Positions 62,241 through 64,000 of a DNA stretch of 64,000 bases are shown here, one piece after another. The translations under genes were made by a program, and so were the position numbers. How positions within the stretch are numbered: position 1 is the stretch's first letter; every line of letters starts with the position of its first letter. Source of the DNA: an uncultured Planctomycetia bacterium (lineage in GTDB: Bacteria; Omnitrophota; Gorgyraeia; JABMRG01). Location of the stretch: the NCBI GenBank assembly GCA_964634945.1, contig CAZWMG010000005.1, forward strand, positions 16,306 to 80,305. Direction: 5' to 3'. The notes beneath the pieces are model-generated. The model saw only the letters and a program-made list of their open reading frames with translations. It had not been told where the DNA came from and did not search any database.

Positions 62241-63665
62241 TCATTGTTTAAAAAGATATTCTATTATAGCCTTTGAGGCCTTCTTTGCCATCCCCATGGC
62301 TTCGATAACCGTTCCTTCGCCGCCGACAACATCGCCACCGGCGTAAACTGACTTTATTGAAGTCTCCATTGTCTCGGGCTCAACAATAATATCAGACCAT
62401 TTATCTATCTTTAAATCAGGCGTCTGCTGTATCAACACCTGGTTAGCTTTAAGGCCTACCGCGATAATAGCCTCATCGCAATCTGTTTCAAACTCACTAC
62501 CGTTTATCGCAATTGGCCTTCTCCTGCCGCTCTTATCAGGCTCGCCTAACTCGCAGCGCAGCGATCTTATTGTTTTAACAAATGAATTTTCGTCATCACC
62601 CAAAAATGCCACAGGCTGGACTAAAAATTCGAATTTAACACCCTCTTCTTTCGCGTGATGTATCTCGAGTCTGCGCGCGGGCATCTCATTTTCCGTACGC
62701 CTGTAAAAGACGGTTACATCCGGCTCTATATTATTAAGTTTCTGCAAACGAAGCGCCACCCTTGCCGCGTCCATAGCGGTATTGCCACCTCCAGCGACAA
62801 TGATATGCTCGCCGATATTTATAGGGGTGTGGTATTCAGGGAACCTATAAGCGCCCATCAGATTGACCCTGGTTAAAAATTCATTGGCAGAATATATATT
62901 GCACAGATTCTCACCCGGGATATTTAAAAAAGATGGAACGCCTGCCCCAAGGCCTAAAAAGACCGCGGAAAATCCCTGCTCAAATAGTTCTTTTAATAAC
63001 ACTGTCTTTCCTATAATAACGTTACATTCAATAGATACGCCCAGCTTCTTTAGATAATCTATCTCCGCGTCTAATGCGTCCTGTGGAAGCCTGAAAGGGG
63101 GTATGCCATAGCGAAGAACACCGCCCGGCTTATGCAACGCTTCATAGACAACTACCTCAACGCCTTTTCTTGCCAATTCTCCGGCGCAACATAAACCCGC
63201 GGGGCCGGAGCCTACTACAGCTACTTTAAATCCTGAAAGCTTCTTATCCTTATTTACGGCTATCTCCAGATTATTTTTCATGCCAAAATCAGCTACAAAG
63301 CGCTCCAGAAAATGGATATTAATAGCTTTTTCAGAAGCGAAAGGTTCGCCTTTTTTGGAAAATACACACGCCTTTCTGCATTGATACTCCGCTGGGCAGA
63401 CCCTTCCACACATAGCGGGAAAATTATTTTTCTCCCTTATAGTAGAATACGCGCTTTTATAATCTTTTTGTGTGATCTCCAGAATAAATTTCTTTATATC
63501 TATACCTACAGGACATCCTGCTATACAAGCGGGGTTTTTGCATTGAATGCATCTTGAGGCCTCTGCCAGGGCCTCTTCCTCTGAATAGACAGAACAGACT
63601 TCTTGAAAACTCTTTGCCCTTACTAGTGGGTCTATCTCTTGTGGTTTTATCGGGTCTTTTTTCAT
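62241..63665 (-). CDS. NfnB/GltD-family NADPH-dependent oxidoreductase (glutamate synthase small-chain-like; two N-terminal Fe-S motifs + FAD/NAD(P) domains)
   Basis: CIQCKNPACIAGCP and CGRVCPAEYQCRKAC cysteine motifs, VAVVGSGPAGLCCAGEL, and VAGGGNTAMDAARVALR. Confidence 0.75.
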   Translation of the reverse strand: MKKDPIKPQEIDPLVRAKSFQEVCSVYSEEEALAEASRCIQCKNPACIAGCPVGIDIKKFILEITQKDYKSAYSTIREKNNFPAMCGRVCPAEYQCRKACVFSKKGEPFASEKAINIHFLERFVADFGMKNNLEIAVNKDKKLSGFKVAVVGSGPAGLCCAGELARKGVEVVVYEALHKPGGVLRYGIPPFRLPQDALDAEIDYLKKLGVSIECNVIIGKTVLLKELFEQGFSAVFLGLGAGVPSFLNIPGENLCNIYSANEFLTRVNLMGAYRFPEYHTPINIGEHIIVAGGGNTAMDAARVALRLQKLNNIEPDVTVFYRRTENEMPARRLEIHHAKEEGVKFEFLVQPVAFLGDDENSFVKTIRSLRCELGEPDKSGRRRPIAINGSEFETDCDEAIIAVGLKANQVLIQQTPDLKIDKWSDIIVEPETMETSIKSVYAGGDVVGGEGTVIEAMGMAKKASKAIIEYLFKQ

Positions 63666-63687
63666 CTCGCTTCTCTCTTGCGCCTTA

Positions 63688-64000
63688 TCACTTGTGCCTG
63701 TTTAACTTACAGATATGGTTCTCTTTTTCAACGTATGTCTTTGTGCGCTTTACAAGCTCTTCCCAATCAACCAGATGCGCGTCAAATTCAGGGCCGTCAA
63801 CACAGCTAAACTTTACCTCATCAGCTATCTTTACACGGCAACCACCGCACATGCCTGTCGCGTCTACCATCAGGGCATTTAACGATACTATGGTCTTTAG
63901 GTTATATCCCTTTGTAATCTCTGAGACGAGTTTCATCATAGGGATAGGGCCTACAGCGTATACTAAATCGTACTGCGTATTGCGTGATGCGCCTGCCTCG
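63688..64000 (-). CDS. PyrK/NfnA-like ferredoxin-NADP+ reductase subunit, C-terminal part (gene start lies beyond window end)
   Basis: C-terminus ...DATGMCGGCRVKIADEVKFSCVDGPEFDAHLVDWEEL ([2Fe-2S] Cys cluster). The reading frame stays open to position 64000. Confidence 0.6.
   Translation of the reverse strand, partial: EAGASRNTQYDLVYAVGPIPMMKLVSEITKGYNLKTIVSLNALMVDATGMCGGCRVKIADEVKFSCVDGPEFDAHLVDWEELVKRTKTYVEKENHICKLNRHK

Overview
This 64-kb window comes from a moderately AT-rich bacterial chromosome, and every gene I can support lies on the minus strand.

**Ribosomal super-operon (1 to ~32.1 kb).** Read in the minus-strand direction, the order is the classical one:
- tRNA-Thr(GGT), tuf copy 2, tRNA-Trp, secE, nusG
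- rplK-rplA-rplJ-rplL, rpoB-rpoC
- rpsL-rpsG-fusA-tuf copy 1
- S10, spc and alpha operons: rpsJ, rplC, rplD, rplW, rplB, rpsS, rplV, rpsC, rplP, rpmC, rpsQ, rplN, rplX, rplE, rpsN (zinc-ribbon short form), rpsH, rplF, rplR, rpsE, rplO, secY, adk, map, infA, rpmJ, rpsM, rpsK, rpsD
- rpoA, which is partial and runs off the window start

The two tuf copies share identical ~1.3-kb tracts. rpmJ is absent from the supplied ORF track but is present at 2420..2533.

**tRNA cluster upstream of tuf copy 2 (32 to 35 kb).** The classical thr-tyr-gly-thr tRNA cluster is present but is interrupted by two small cargo inserts:
- a flavodoxin-like gene plus a YjbQ/UPF0047 gene
- a coiled-coil transmembrane hypothetical gene

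**Housekeeping genes (35 to 44 kb).** nnr, acpS, pdxJ, glmM, a YbbR-like cdaR, cdaA (c-di-AMP cyclase), folP, ftsH and tilS.

**Accessory-looking block (44 to 48.4 kb).** Contents:
- a PilZ-domain protein
- a divergent Nramp-like transporter
- tRNA-Met(CAT), flanked by two copies of a long perfect-palindrome repeat
- a zinc-finger (HxxxCxxC) membrane protein
- two secreted hypotheticals
- three tiny membrane peptides

**Nucleotide, purine and nitrogen block (48.4 to 64 kb).** A UPF0371/DUF1846 gene translationally coupled to purF, then purL, purQ, purS, guaA, carB, an LhgO-like FAD oxidoreductase, gdhA, and an NfnB/GltD-like plus partial NfnA-like pair.

**No classical mobile or defence genes are visible.** I see no CRISPR, transposase, integrase, toxin-antitoxin or rRNA.

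**What stands out in the hunt.**
- A bipartite structured repeat family sits at operon junctions: 3' of rpsD, 3' of both tuf copies, and inverted upstream of the tRNA-Thr/tuf promoter.
- Perfect palindromic repeats flank tRNA-Met.
- 7- to 9-mer tandem repeats recur in ribosomal mRNA leaders.
- A TATTGCGT repeat family occurs in two spacers and, in frame, inside nnr.
- EF-Tu carries a Cys4 insertion.
- Many ribosomal proteins carry lysine-rich extensions.

All calls are from reading the sequence and the six-frame translations. No database searches were run.
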